Positions 26,401-37,320 of a stretch of 64,000 nucleotides of DNA are shown here, in pieces. The notes under the pieces are model-generated. The model was not told where the DNA came from and made no database searches. It saw only the letters and a program-made list of their open reading frames with translations. The stretch is from positions 12,464,001 through 12,528,000 of the forward strand of contig NC_086118.1 in NCBI RefSeq assembly GCF_963921235.1, in the 5' to 3' direction. The DNA is from Mobula hypostoma (Eukaryota). Position 1 is the first letter of the stretch, and every line of letters begins with the position of its first letter. The position numbers and the translations under genes are program-made.

Positions 26401-27320
26401 GATACTGAGATAGGTGGCGTTGTGGATAATAAAGTAGGTTTTCAAAGATTGCAGAGAGATTTAGGCCAGTAAGAAGAGTGGGCTGAAAGATGGCAGATGG
26501 AGTTTAATGCTGATAAATGTGAGGTGTTACATTTTGGTAGGACTAATCAAAATTGGACATACATGGTAAATGGTAGGGCATTGAAGTATGCAGTAGAACA
26601 GAGGGATCCAGGAATAATAGTGCATAGTTCCCTGAAGGTGGAGTCTCATGTGGATAGGGTGGTGAAGAAAGCTTTTAGTATGCTGGCCTTTATAAATCAG
26701 AGCATTGAGTATAGGAGTTGGGATGCAATGTTAAAATTGTACAAGGCATTGGTAAGGCCAAATTTGGAGTATTGTGTACAGTTCTGGTCACCAAATTATA
26801 GGAAAGATGTCAACAAAATAGAGAGAGTACAGACAAGATTTACTAGAATGTTACCTGAATTTCAGCACCTAAGTTACAGAGAAATGTTGAACAAGTTGCG
26901 TCTTTGTTCTTTGGAGCGTAGAAGGTTGAGGGGGGACTTAATAGAGGTATTTAAAATTATGAGGGGGATAGATAGAGTTGACGTGGATAGGCTTTTTCCA
27001 TTGAGAATAGGGGAGATTCAAACAAGAGGACATGAGTTGAGAGTTAGGGGGCAAAAGTTTAGGGGTAACATGAGGGGGAACTTCTTTACTCAGAGAATGG
27101 TAGCTGTGTGGAACGAGCTTCCAGCAGAAGTGGTAGAGGCAGGTTCGATATTGCCATTTAAAGTTAAATTGGATAGATATATAGACAGAAAGGAATGGAG
27201 GGTTATGGGCTGAATGCAGGTCGGTGGGACTAGCTGAGAGTAAGTGTTCAGCATGGACTAGAAGGGCTGAGATGGCCCGTTTCTGTGCTGTAATTGTTAT
27301 ATGGTTATATGGTTATATGA
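23460..27320 (+). mobile_element. Near full-length CR1 LINE (ORF1 zipper + SGNH esterase; ORF2 APE + RT), inactivated
   Basis: ORF1 motifs CIQLQLL..ELELELDEL, VIGDLIVRG, VHVGTDD and DGLHLN; ORF2 motifs YFNARS, GDFN, SDHN and YADD; (ATGGTTAT)n tail. It is inserted in a minus-strand CR1 3' fragment (23210-23450 and 27325-27720). Confidence 0.97.
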
Positions 27321-27944
27321 TTTTAAATGATAGGCCTCTTGCCTTAAATCATGTCCATTCTTTCAAAACCCTCCCACTAGTGAAATAATTTCACCTCTTT
27401 CTTGTCATGCCCCTTTAGGATCTTATATATTTCAATAAGACCATTGAGAAGTTTTCAAAGAATACAGATGCAGCTTCTTTAGCCTCTCTTGGTAAGATGA
27501 TCCTCCTATTGCTAGGGATTAGCCTGATAAGACTCTTTCGACTGTCTCCAATGCTACTCTATCCTTTCTTAGGTTAGAAGGCCAGAATTATGTATTGTAC
27601 ACAGGTATACTCTCAAAAACAACCTACAACATTATAACAAAATGTCCTTATTTCTCAATTCCAATTTCTTTACAATTAAGGCCAATCTGCAATTTACTCT
27701 TTTAACTACTTACTACTTTCTGCTTGATAACAAGGTATCTCAAACTATGGTAGCTCAGGAAGTGTTTGGCACAGGGAAAAAAAGGTTTACTCACTTCCCA
27801 GTGCTGCATTATTGGAGATTTGTGTGGAGTCACATCCACAGAGGTTAGAAAGCATCACCGGACACATTTAAAGTAATGGGGGGACAAGCTACCACAATGT
27901 TACAGGCAAAATCAACAATAGAGAAGATACAGGTAAGTTGCAGA

Positions 27945-29020
27945 ACCTGGACCTGTGTACTTCCTTCTGCAACTGGATCGTCAACTTCCTAACTGGAGGA
28001 CCACAATCTTGGTGATAACATATCCTCCTTGCTGATGATCAACACTGGTGCACCTCAGGGGTGTGTGCTTAGCCCACTGCTTTACTCTCTATATACACAT
28101 GACAGTGTGGCTAGGCATAGTTCAAATACTATTTATAAATTTGCTGATGATACAACCACCATTGATAGAATCTCAGGTGGTGACGAGAGGGTGTACAGGA
28201 GTGAGATATGCCAACTAGTGGAGTGGTGCCGCAGCAACAACCTGGCACTCAATGTCAGTAACACGAATGAGCTAATTGTGGACTTCAGGAAGGGTAAGAC
28301 AAAGGAACACATACCAATCCTCATAGAGGGATCAGAAGTGGAGAGAGTGAGCTGTTTCAAGTTCCTGGGTGTCAACATCTCTGAGGATCTAACCCGGTCC
28401 CAACATATTGATGTAGTTATAAAGAAGGCAAGACAGCAGCTATACTTCATTAGGAGCTTGAAGCAATTTGGCATGTCAATAAATACACTCAAAAACTTCT
28501 ATAGTTGTACCGTGGAGGGCATTCTGACAGGCTGCATCACTGTCTGGTATGGAGGGGCTACTGCACAGGACTGAAAGAAGCTGCAGAGTGTTGTAAATCT
28601 AGCCAGCTCCATCTTGGGCACTAGACTACAAAGTACCCAAGACATCTTCAAGAAGCGGTGTCTCAGAAAGGCAGCATCCATTATTAAGGACCTCCAGCAT
28701 CCAGGGCATGTAGGAGGTACAGAAGCCTGAAGGCACGCACTCAGTGATTCAGGAACAGCTTCTTCCCCTCTGCCATGCCATTGCTAAATGGACATTGAAC
28801 CCTTAGACACTATCTCACCTTTTAGATATACAATACTTCTGTTTTTTGCAAGTTTTTAAATCTATTCAATATATGTATACTATAATTGATTTACTTATTT
28901 GTTTATTATTTTTTATTTTATTTATTATTTTTTTCTGTTCTATATTAAGTATGGCATTGAACTGCTGCTGCTAAGTTAACAAATTTCACGTCACATGCCA
29001 GTGACAATAAACCTGATTTT
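27945..29020 (+). mobile_element. Rex1-type LINE, 3' part
   Basis: ORF 28029-28574 contains TGAPQGCVLSPLLYSLYTHD, KFADD, ELIVDFRK and ILTGCITVWYG; the tail reads gacaataaacctgatt. Confidence 0.9.
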
Positions 29021-30268
29021 GACTCATCACCTTCCTCCATCTGCCTTACTTCTCACCACCATAGAAGAGACAGTAGTTCTCATGAAAGATATTGAAATCA
29101 GTTGCAGGGATGACACTATGGAGGATAACAATATGCTCTTACATGATATTCCTTCTGCTCATAAACATTACTCTCAGAGAGTCTTCCGACTTCCAGATGG
29201 TTTAAATGTTTAGCACTCTGTCCTATCATCATGGATGCTGCCCTTTCAGCTAACTAGGAAGTGTAGTCTGGCCAGGTAGTGGGGGACGGAGGGAGATAAA
29301 GTGACCCAATCACGGTGTAAGGGTATTCCTCATTTGTTGTGTTACTTGAATTAGCTGTAAACATTTAGGCCATGAAACGTGAATTGCTTCTTTGTGGAGC
29401 ACCTGGGGTGTGCACACTGAGTGAGGTGGTCACACCAGAAGTAAAGACTACATAGGCAGGTGATGAGTGGTTACCATGCAGGCAGAATTTTAAAAAATGC
29501 GCCCCATTCAAGAATTTCCTGCAGCCGTCTCCCTGTTAAACATTTTTGATGCAGATAGCAGAGAGGGATTCCGAGGGGAAGGAAGCAGCAGGCACCATGA
29601 GTGGCCCTGATTCACAGGAGGGGAGGGAAAGAACTGGGAATGTTGTACAGATGGGGATTCAGGTTTAAGGTAATAGAGAGGCAGTTCTGCAACTGCAAGT
29701 GACACTCCACAGTGGCATGTACCACACACAAAATGCTGGAGTATCGCAGAAAGACAGGCAACATCTATGGTGGAGAATAAACAGTCGACAGTTCAGGCTG
29801 AGACCCTTCATCAAGACTGGTAAGGAAAGGAGCAGAATCGAGAATAAGAAAGTGGAGAACACAAGCCGGCAGGTGAGACCAGGTGAGGGAGAAAGTGAGT
29901 GGGTGGAGGAGGGGTGAGTGACGTGAGAAGCTGAGAGCTGAGGGGTGAACGGTGTGAAAAACTGAGAGGTGATAGGTGGATGAGGGAAAGGGCTGAAGAA
30001 GAAGAAATCTAATAGGAAAGGACAATGGACCATGAAATTGAGGGAAGGAGGTGAGGAATCAGAGGGAGGCATTGGGAGTAGCTTTGTCTCCAGAATGCTA
30101 TGTTGTCTCCCAGGTGCTGGAGTCAAGGGAACCTTAGAGTGGCAGGGAAGGATACCAGATATCTTGGTACATATTGTTACTGACACCATAGGAAAAGTAT
30201 AGGATAAGGTTGTGCAAGCCAAATATAGACAGTTAGGAGATAAGCTAGAAGATAGGACTTCTAAGGTA

Positions 30269-30500
30269 AACAACAGGAATACTGCAGATGCTGGAAATTC
30301 AAGCAACACACATCAAAGTTGCTGGTGAATGCAGCAGGCCAGGCAGCATCTGTAGAAAGAGGTGCAGTCGACGTTTCAGGCCGAGACTCTTCGTCAGGAC
30401 TAACTGAAGGAAGAGTGAGTAAGGGATTTGAAAGTTGGAAGGGGAGGGGGAGATCCAAAATGATAGGAGAAGACAGGAGGGGGAGGGATAGAGCCAAGAG
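30269..30500 (-). mobile_element. Young Penelope-derived insertion with a 10-bp TSD
   Basis: TTCTAAGGTA occurs at 30259-30268 and 30501-30510. The body matches the terminus of the Penelope copy at 62.6 kb and the copies at 35.1 and 51.4 kb. Confidence 0.88.
30365..30402 (-). ncRNA. Minimal type I hammerhead ribozyme motif (PLE-associated)
   Basis: UAGUC-CUGACGA-AGAGUCUCGGCCU-GAAA-CGUC-GACUG has an intact core, stem I UAGUC/GACUG, a palindromic ACGU stem III and a GUC cleavage triplet. Stem II has one mismatch. Confidence 0.65.
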
Positions 30501-30709
30501 TTCTAAGGTAGCTTTCTGACGAATACTCCTAGAGTCGTGTGTGAGCGAGTATAGCATGGATGGACATGTGACTGGACAACTGGGGTGGGAGAAGGGAATT
30601 CAGGCTTGTGGGATTTTGGGAATGGTCTTGGGGGGCGAGGTTAATCACTATAAACAGGATGGGCTACACAAGAACAGGGACCTTTCCTCTTGGGGAGATT
30701 TTAGAGTCC

Positions 30710-31150
30710 TCGTCATAGAGTCGTACAGAATAAAGACAGGCCTTTTGCTCTAATTGGTTCATGCCATCCGAGGTTTCCATCTAAGCTCAACTTATTTGCT
30801 TATATTTGCCCCTTTACCTTCTAAATCTTTCCAATCTATGTACCCATCCAAATACTTTCTAATTGTTGTTACTGTTCCTGACTCAACCACGTCCTCTGGC
30901 AGTTCATTCGACATAGATATTACCCTTTGTGTAAAAAAGTTGCCACTCATGTTCCTATTAATTATTTCCCCTCTTATCTTAAGCCTATGGCCACTTGTTC
31001 TTGATTCCTGGGAAAGGAACTGAATGCATTCATTCTATTTATGCCACTCATGATTTTAGACTCCACTATATGATCATCCCGTTGTCTCTTGCTGCCTAAT
31101 GACTAAAGTCCTAACCTGTCTAGCCTCTCCCCATGCTCAATCCCTCATGG
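30710..31150 (-). mobile_element. CR1 3' fragment
   Basis: Reverse complement of a CR1 3' end (ctctggcagttcattc...gtaaaaaagttgcc). Confidence 0.75.
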
Positions 31151-31899
31151 TCTGTAGGGGTATGGATTGGAATTAGAAGCTAGATCATTTAAAGATTTTG
31201 TCTCTCTCACCCTGCTCCCGGAGGAAGGCCCCTGTATGTGAATACTCCCTCTCTCTCCTCTCGCTCGATGCCGCCAAAGGATGGAGCTGGAGTCCTGGGT
31301 CTTGGGCAAGTTTTAATTGACTGTTTGTGGAATCTCAGAGCTGTATACTGCATATATACTTTGATAATAAATGTACTTTGAATCTTTAAATCTTTGAAGC
31401 AATGTCAGCCACTTCTGTTTTCACAAGTTCTTAATTTGTTACAGGGAAGGCTAAAACTTGGATGTTTAATAGATTACAACGTCTGTTCTTAGTTTTCTGT
31501 TACATTAATATCTGCACAACAGTGCAGTCTTTTATACCTTATCTGAAAAATCTAAACCCCTGCAGATCTTACAAGTCTGAGAAAGAGCAGACATCACAAG
31601 AAACAATGAGCAGCTCAGTCAGCATTTGTGGAAAGAGAAAGGGTCAGTATTTCAGATTGAAGACCACAACACATTTGGGAAAGAGAAAACAATTTTGTTT
31701 TAGTTGAAGAAAGTGTGGGGTAGAGATGGATAAGACAAAGTGGACATCTTTGTTGGAATAAGTCGTTGCTGAAGTAATTTCTTTGATGGGTTAACGAGAG
31801 CAGTTAGAGGTAACATAAAAGTTATGGAATCTGGTAAGATGGTGGTGCAATCAGACACAGCGCCTTCTACGTGGTCAACCAAAGATGTTATTGCCTTTT

Positions 31900-32940
31900 T
31901 TAAATGCATATTTTACGATCACAAGACCTTGCTACACCTTAAAACCTTAAAGTACTGTAGGTCTATGCAATCAGTGAGTTGCTCATTGGCAGAGAAACTG
32001 AAGGACGGTGCAGATCGTGCCATTGCCGCATCAGAGAGGCATCAGTGTGCGAAGGCGATGTGCATTCTCACAGCGTGTGATCACCTGTCGCTTTTCCTGA
32101 GATCGCAAAGCCCTGTTGGACATCGGTGGTGTGGGATGCTGCAAGTCTAATTGATTGGTTTATCGGCAAATAGCAGAGGCCGCGTGGGTAGGTGCGTAAC
32201 CTCAGTTGCAGTGAGGGCTGGTCGTCAAGCCGTGGTGTTGCCTGTCTGCAGCCACCCAAGGCGAGTCATCAGAATCGGACAATGCACTGGAGTGCAGAAG
32301 ATGGCGTAGCGGAGCGTCCACACTGGGGTCTGTGCTGCCCGCACCCCCACCAGTGTTCATTCAGCAGAAGTCAAGTTGTATTTTGCTGCAAATATTCATG
32401 GACTCAAAAGTCTACAAAAAGTAGGAGCACAATCCCGTCCATCACAGGAAAAGCCCTCCCCACCATTCAGCACATCAACAAGGAGCATTGCTGCAAGAAA
32501 CAAGGACACTTCCCCACTACCCAGGTCAAGCTGACTTCTTGCTGCTGCCATTGGGAAGGAGGTACAGGACCCGCAGGTCCCACACCACCAGGTGCAGGAA
32601 CAGTTATTACCCTTCAACCATTAGGCTTCTGAACCAGCGTGAATAATTTCACTCATCTCAACCCTGAACTGATTTCACAGCCTATGGATTCACTTTCAAG
32701 GACTCCACAACTCAGGATCTCGGTATTATTTATTTACTGATTTTTTTTTTGTTGTTTCCACATGCTGTCATCTTTTGCACATTAGTTGTTTGTCAATCTT
32801 TGTTTCATGTAGTTTTTCACTGATTCTATTGTATTTTTCTGTTCTACTGTGAAAGCCTGCAAGAAAATGAATCTGAAAGTAGTATATGCTGACATAGCAT
32901 ATACTTTGATAATGAATTTACTCTGAACTTTGAACTTTGA
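31900..32940 (+). mobile_element. Non-autonomous element joined to a Rex1-type 3' end
   Basis: ITGKALPTIQHI-type remnant, then the tail gataatgaatttactctgaactttgaactttga. Confidence 0.6.
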
Positions 32941-33319
32941 ATGGTAGGCAGAGCTAAGCAGGGCAGACCACATTCATGGTGAAGGAAAACCTGTGCTAAT
33001 GTGGCCAGCTCTAGGGAGCTCACAGTTGCTGTGGTGCATCAAACTAAATGTAGACACGCTACAAAAGAGATCACCCAATTTATGTTTACTTTCTCCTATT
33101 GTAGAGGATACCACGTTTCTAGATTCAAATACAGGGAACTAGAGTGGACGTGAAAGAAAATGGCTGCTTCATCTGGAAGCAGAGTTTACGTTCCTGGATG
33201 GTGGGAAGAGTTAACTTCATTGTACTTCAAGAATTCAACTGCACAAAGTGAGTTAATGTTCTAAGTAAATTTACTTTTGAACTACATATACATCATTATA
33301 TACAACCCTGATATTCATT

Positions 33320-33930
33320 ACATTATCTTACATTAGTTTGGAATAAATTCCATCTGCTATTTCTCTGTCCAATTTTCCAACTGATCTATGCTCCACTGTA
33401 TCCTTAGACAAACTTTTGCAGCATCTCTGACTCCATTCTTTGTCTCATCAGCCAACTCATTAGACAGACACCTATATTATCATCCAAGTCAGTTAACAAC
33501 AAAGATCCCAGCACCAGTCCCTGTAGTACGTCTGTTGTTATAGACTTGTTCCAAAACCACCCTCTTCTTCCCATCACCAAGCCAATTTTGGAACCAGTTT
33601 GCAAAAATGTCTCAGATCTCTCATGCCCTAACTTTCTGAACCTGCCTACCCTGCAGGATATTGTCAAAAGCCTTAATGAGGTCCATGTAAGCTACAACTA
33701 CCAATCTGCCTTCAACAAATTTCTTAGTCACACCTTAAGACATGGTCTCCCCTATTCTAACCGATACTGATCTCTCCGAATCAGTCCCTGCCTTTCCAAT
33801 TGAATGCAAATCCTGTCCCTCAGAATATTCAACAGCTTCCTATCACCGATGTAAATAATGCTCACCAGTCACTAAGTTTCTGGTTTATCTCTACTCATTT
33901 GTCAAACAAGGGGATATTGTTATTATCTAG
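33320..33930 (-). mobile_element. CR1 RT fragment
   Basis: Minus ORF contains TTDVLQGLVLGSLL (a decayed GVPQGSVLGP). Confidence 0.7.
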
Positions 33931-34289
33931 TTTTCTTCTGAGAAATGTCAAATAGTAGAGGGCATAGCTTTAATGTACGAGGGAAAGATTAAAGGGAGTG
34001 TGCGAGGCTGATACTGGCTGGGTAGCTTCAGCTAGAACAGCAGGAGCATGGAAACAAAGTGGTGATGGAGGAGGAGAGGACCATGAGAGCAATGAAAGAA
34101 TGAAAAGGAAGAAGCAATGGGTGAAATGCAGAGATATCAAGGGTGAGAGCAAATAAGTCCATTGTGCACAATAAGGCAAAGAGGGATAATAATGTGAAAA
34201 TGACAAGTGTAAGAGGTGTGTGCCTTAATTGATGGAAAATTTGCAATAAATGCAGCTAATGTGAGAGGACAGAGATTTACAGTTATGAT

Positions 34290-34650
34290 TGTTCATTTGT
34301 TTATCATGTGTCATGTCTATGATGTGAGAGATCATGGTCTTTCCATGACCATGATTGTTCTTGGGAAATTTTTCTACATTAGTGGTTGTCCATTGCCTTC
34401 TTTTTTACAAGACGGGTGACCTCAGCCTTTGTCAATACTCTTCAGCGATTGTCTGCCTGGCATCAGTGGTCACATAGCCAGGGTTTGAGATATACACCAG
34501 TTGCTCATACAACCTCCCACTACCTGGACCCATGACTTCATGTGACCCTGATCAGGGGAGCTAAGCAGGTGGTACAAGGGTGACTTCAGGCTAGTGGAGG
34601 GAAAGAATGCCATAGACCTCCATTGGTAGAGACATATCTCCACCCTGCCA
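34290..34650 (-). mobile_element. SINE-like element, possibly with an RTE-related tail
   Basis: Minus strand gaaggcaatggacaaccact...gaaaaatttcccaagaa resembles tails of RTE-mobilised SINEs. Confidence 0.4.
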
Positions 34651-35053
34651 CTTAACTGTGATGATATTGGTGGTATTACAGAGGCATAGCTACAGAGAGA
34701 ACATCTAGGAGTATCCAATATTTTGGAAGGACAAGCAATGAAGGAAGGGAGATCAGTTATGTTTTTTTAGAAATATAGAAAATTAATGTGATGGACCTTT
34801 ATTCAGAATACCATGATGGGGAATTGAACAGATTGAGCTGAGTAATACCTTGAGACAGAAAATATTGATGAGGATAGTCTAAAGATCCCCAAATAGAAGT
34901 GGTAGCTTAGGGAATAGAATCAAACTTGAGAATTTCCAACACTTACAATATGGGTACAATCTTAGTTATAAGCAACTTAATTTGCAAACCAAATTAGCAA
35001 CAACAGGCTGTGGGAGGTATACTTCGAGTGAATATGATGCTTTTTTAAAAATG

Positions 35054-35260
35054 CAACACACATCAAAGTTGCTGGTGAACACAGCAGGCCAGGCAGCATC
35101 TATAGGAAGAGGCGCAGTCGACGTTTCAGGCCAGACGAAGGGTCTCGGCCTGAAACGTCGACTGCGCCTCTTTCTATACATGCTGCCTGGCCTGCTGCGT
35201 TCACCAGCAACTTTGATGTGTGTTGCTTGAATTTCCAGCATCTGCAGAATTCCTGTTGTT
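35054..35260. mobile_element. Young Penelope-derived fold-back insertion with a 16-bp TSD
   Basis: TGCTTTTTTAAAAATG occurs at 35038-35053 and 35261-35276. The inverted arms (about 80 bp, 35053-35132 and 35147-35226) are nearly perfect. Confidence 0.92.
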
Positions 35261-36369
35261 TGCTTTTTTAAAAATGATTGCTTTGAAGAACTAAATAGAG
35301 AACAGGTTAGCCTAGAATATGTATTGCACAAGTGAGAAAGAAATAATTAGAAACAATAGTAACAGATTACATGGAAAACATTAATTGACTTGGAGAAAGT
35401 CAGTTTAGGTTTATGAAAGGGAAATTGTGCTTCACAAAACTGCAGGTATTTTTAGAGTGAACTAATGAATGTATTTTAGGCTTACCAGAACATCGCTTTG
35501 AATGGAAGAAAGAGGAGTAACCGCATGACCAAAAATACAATACCAAAGTTGCTATAAACTGGAGATAAAGTAAATAATGCAGAAAAGACGCTGACAGAAG
35601 TTCCTCTCCCTAACATGTTAATCATGTTTCTCCCTCCATAGCCACTGCTTGACTTGTTGATTTTTTTTCTGACTTACTCTTGTTTTCTTTCAGGTTTCCA
35701 GCATCTGAAAGATTCTTCTATCTTTTAAAATTCCTTTTATGAACTTTGTTAAAACCAGTAATTCAGCTTTTTTCAATGCTATTAAATTCTTACTTCTTCC
35801 ACATGCTCTTGGAAACATGGAACTAGATTTTCTGTTTTACATAGGTGACTGATAATAAGTTATCTCTTGCGCCATTGCTCATTCACAACCTACCAGAATC
35901 TTACTACAATTCATTTGATTCAAAAATGAACCTAGTTATTCTAAAATCCATTTTGCCATCTGTTTCAACAGTAGCAAATTGTTCTGCCTGAGATCCTCTC
36001 TTGCCTCACTTTATAACATGTATCTCTTTTTTATTCGAATCTTTCCACATAGGTAATTTGTGACTGGATTACTTTACAGAATCCCTTCATGCTCTGCAAA
36101 ATGATGGGGCTTGTGGGCATTGTGCAATTTCCAGGCCAAGAGAGTTGGTTAAACATTTCATGAATTCTGCTCTTTATCAGCCACTTGTAACAATGCAATT
36201 TTTGACATCATGCATAGCCACATGACTGAGGTTTGCAAGAATAATGTGGGCATGAAAGATTCGAAAGGGGAGGAGAACATCACTTTTTTAAATTAGACAC
36301 CAATTTCTTCAACGAAAGTGCAAGAAGTGAGAAAAACATCTGTCACCAAAATGTTACATTAGAAAATGC

Positions 36370-36375
36370 TTTATT
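36370..36375 (-). terminator. Candidate distal poly(A) signal of the GSG1L2 transcript
   Basis: Minus-strand AATAAA follows an AU-rich, UGUA-containing block (36380-36640, e.g. TTTTATGTACAACTGTATATTTTT) and precedes U/GU-rich sequence. Confidence 0.5.
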
Positions 36376-36859
36376 TACTGATCACTGCTGAAAAATATAC
36401 AGTTGTACATAAAAACATTGAAACTTTTTCACATGAAGGTTTGATCAATATGTAGTTACAGTGACATGTACTACTGAAAAGTAATCATTTATATATTATA
36501 AACAATATTTAATATTTAGAAAGTACATACAATAATTTAAGCCCATAAGTATACACATTGCTATTTAAATTCCAGAAAAAATGGCAGTGAAAATTTTGTG
36601 ATCAAATAATTATTCTGTTTTAAATCATAGAGTGGAATTTTAACACAAGAGTGACCGGCCATAGTTCATATCATTTATATAATGCACTTGCCTGTGTTGC
36701 TCTCTCCTGATTGAGAGGGGGAAGAGGATTTGATCATTAGTTGGGTGAGATTTACGAAAGCTGACCAAAGGACAGAAATGTTTTTTGAATGGTGGGAAAG
36801 AATACTTCTTATGCCCTCTCTGTGTTAATGACATTGTTATGAGAGACATTTATCATGGA

Positions 36860-37320
36860 AACAAAAACAGGGAATGCTGGTAACCCACAGCAGGTCAGGC
36901 AGTATCTGTGGAAAAAGAGGCAAAGTTAATATTTCAGTTTGTTAGAACTGGTAAGAAGGTGAAACAGGATGCAGAGTGAATGGGATTGGAGATGGATAGG
37001 TCAAAAGGGAATACCTCTGATAGGGTGAGACTAGGTTTACTGTAGGGAACAATCTATTGATAAAGTTGTGGCTTCAAACAGATCAATTCATTAATAGCTT
37101 GTCACATCCACAACTCTGGTCTCACCCTATCAGTGAAATTCCCCTTTTTTCCTATCTAATCCAACTCAACCTTTTCGTATGTTATAATTAACTTATTTTG
37201 TATCTTAGGTGTTTTGGCCTGAAATGTTAATTCTGCTCTCTTTCCATAGACCTGCTGATATTTTCCAATATTTTCTGATTTTATTTCATATTTTCAGCTT
37301 CTGCAGTTTTTTTTTAAGAT
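36860..37320. mobile_element. Old Penelope-derived inverted-repeat element
   Basis: Arms include ctgatagggtgagac / gtctcaccctatcag and cagcaggtc...tgtggaaa / tttccatagacctgctg. Confidence 0.65.

Larger units (their letters stand above)
29320..30700 (+). mobile_element. Decayed CR1 ORF1 region interrupted by two Penelope-derived inserts
   Basis: Esterase remnants (gatggggattca, tgttgtctcccaggtgc, caggatgggctacac) with inserts at about 29722-30070 and 30269-30500. Confidence 0.7.

Noticed and set aside
1..36300. DHRS7C exons, expected downstream of GSG1L2 from recalled human synteny
   Set aside because: No short-chain dehydrogenase motifs recognised by eye; tBLASTn would be needed to exclude them.
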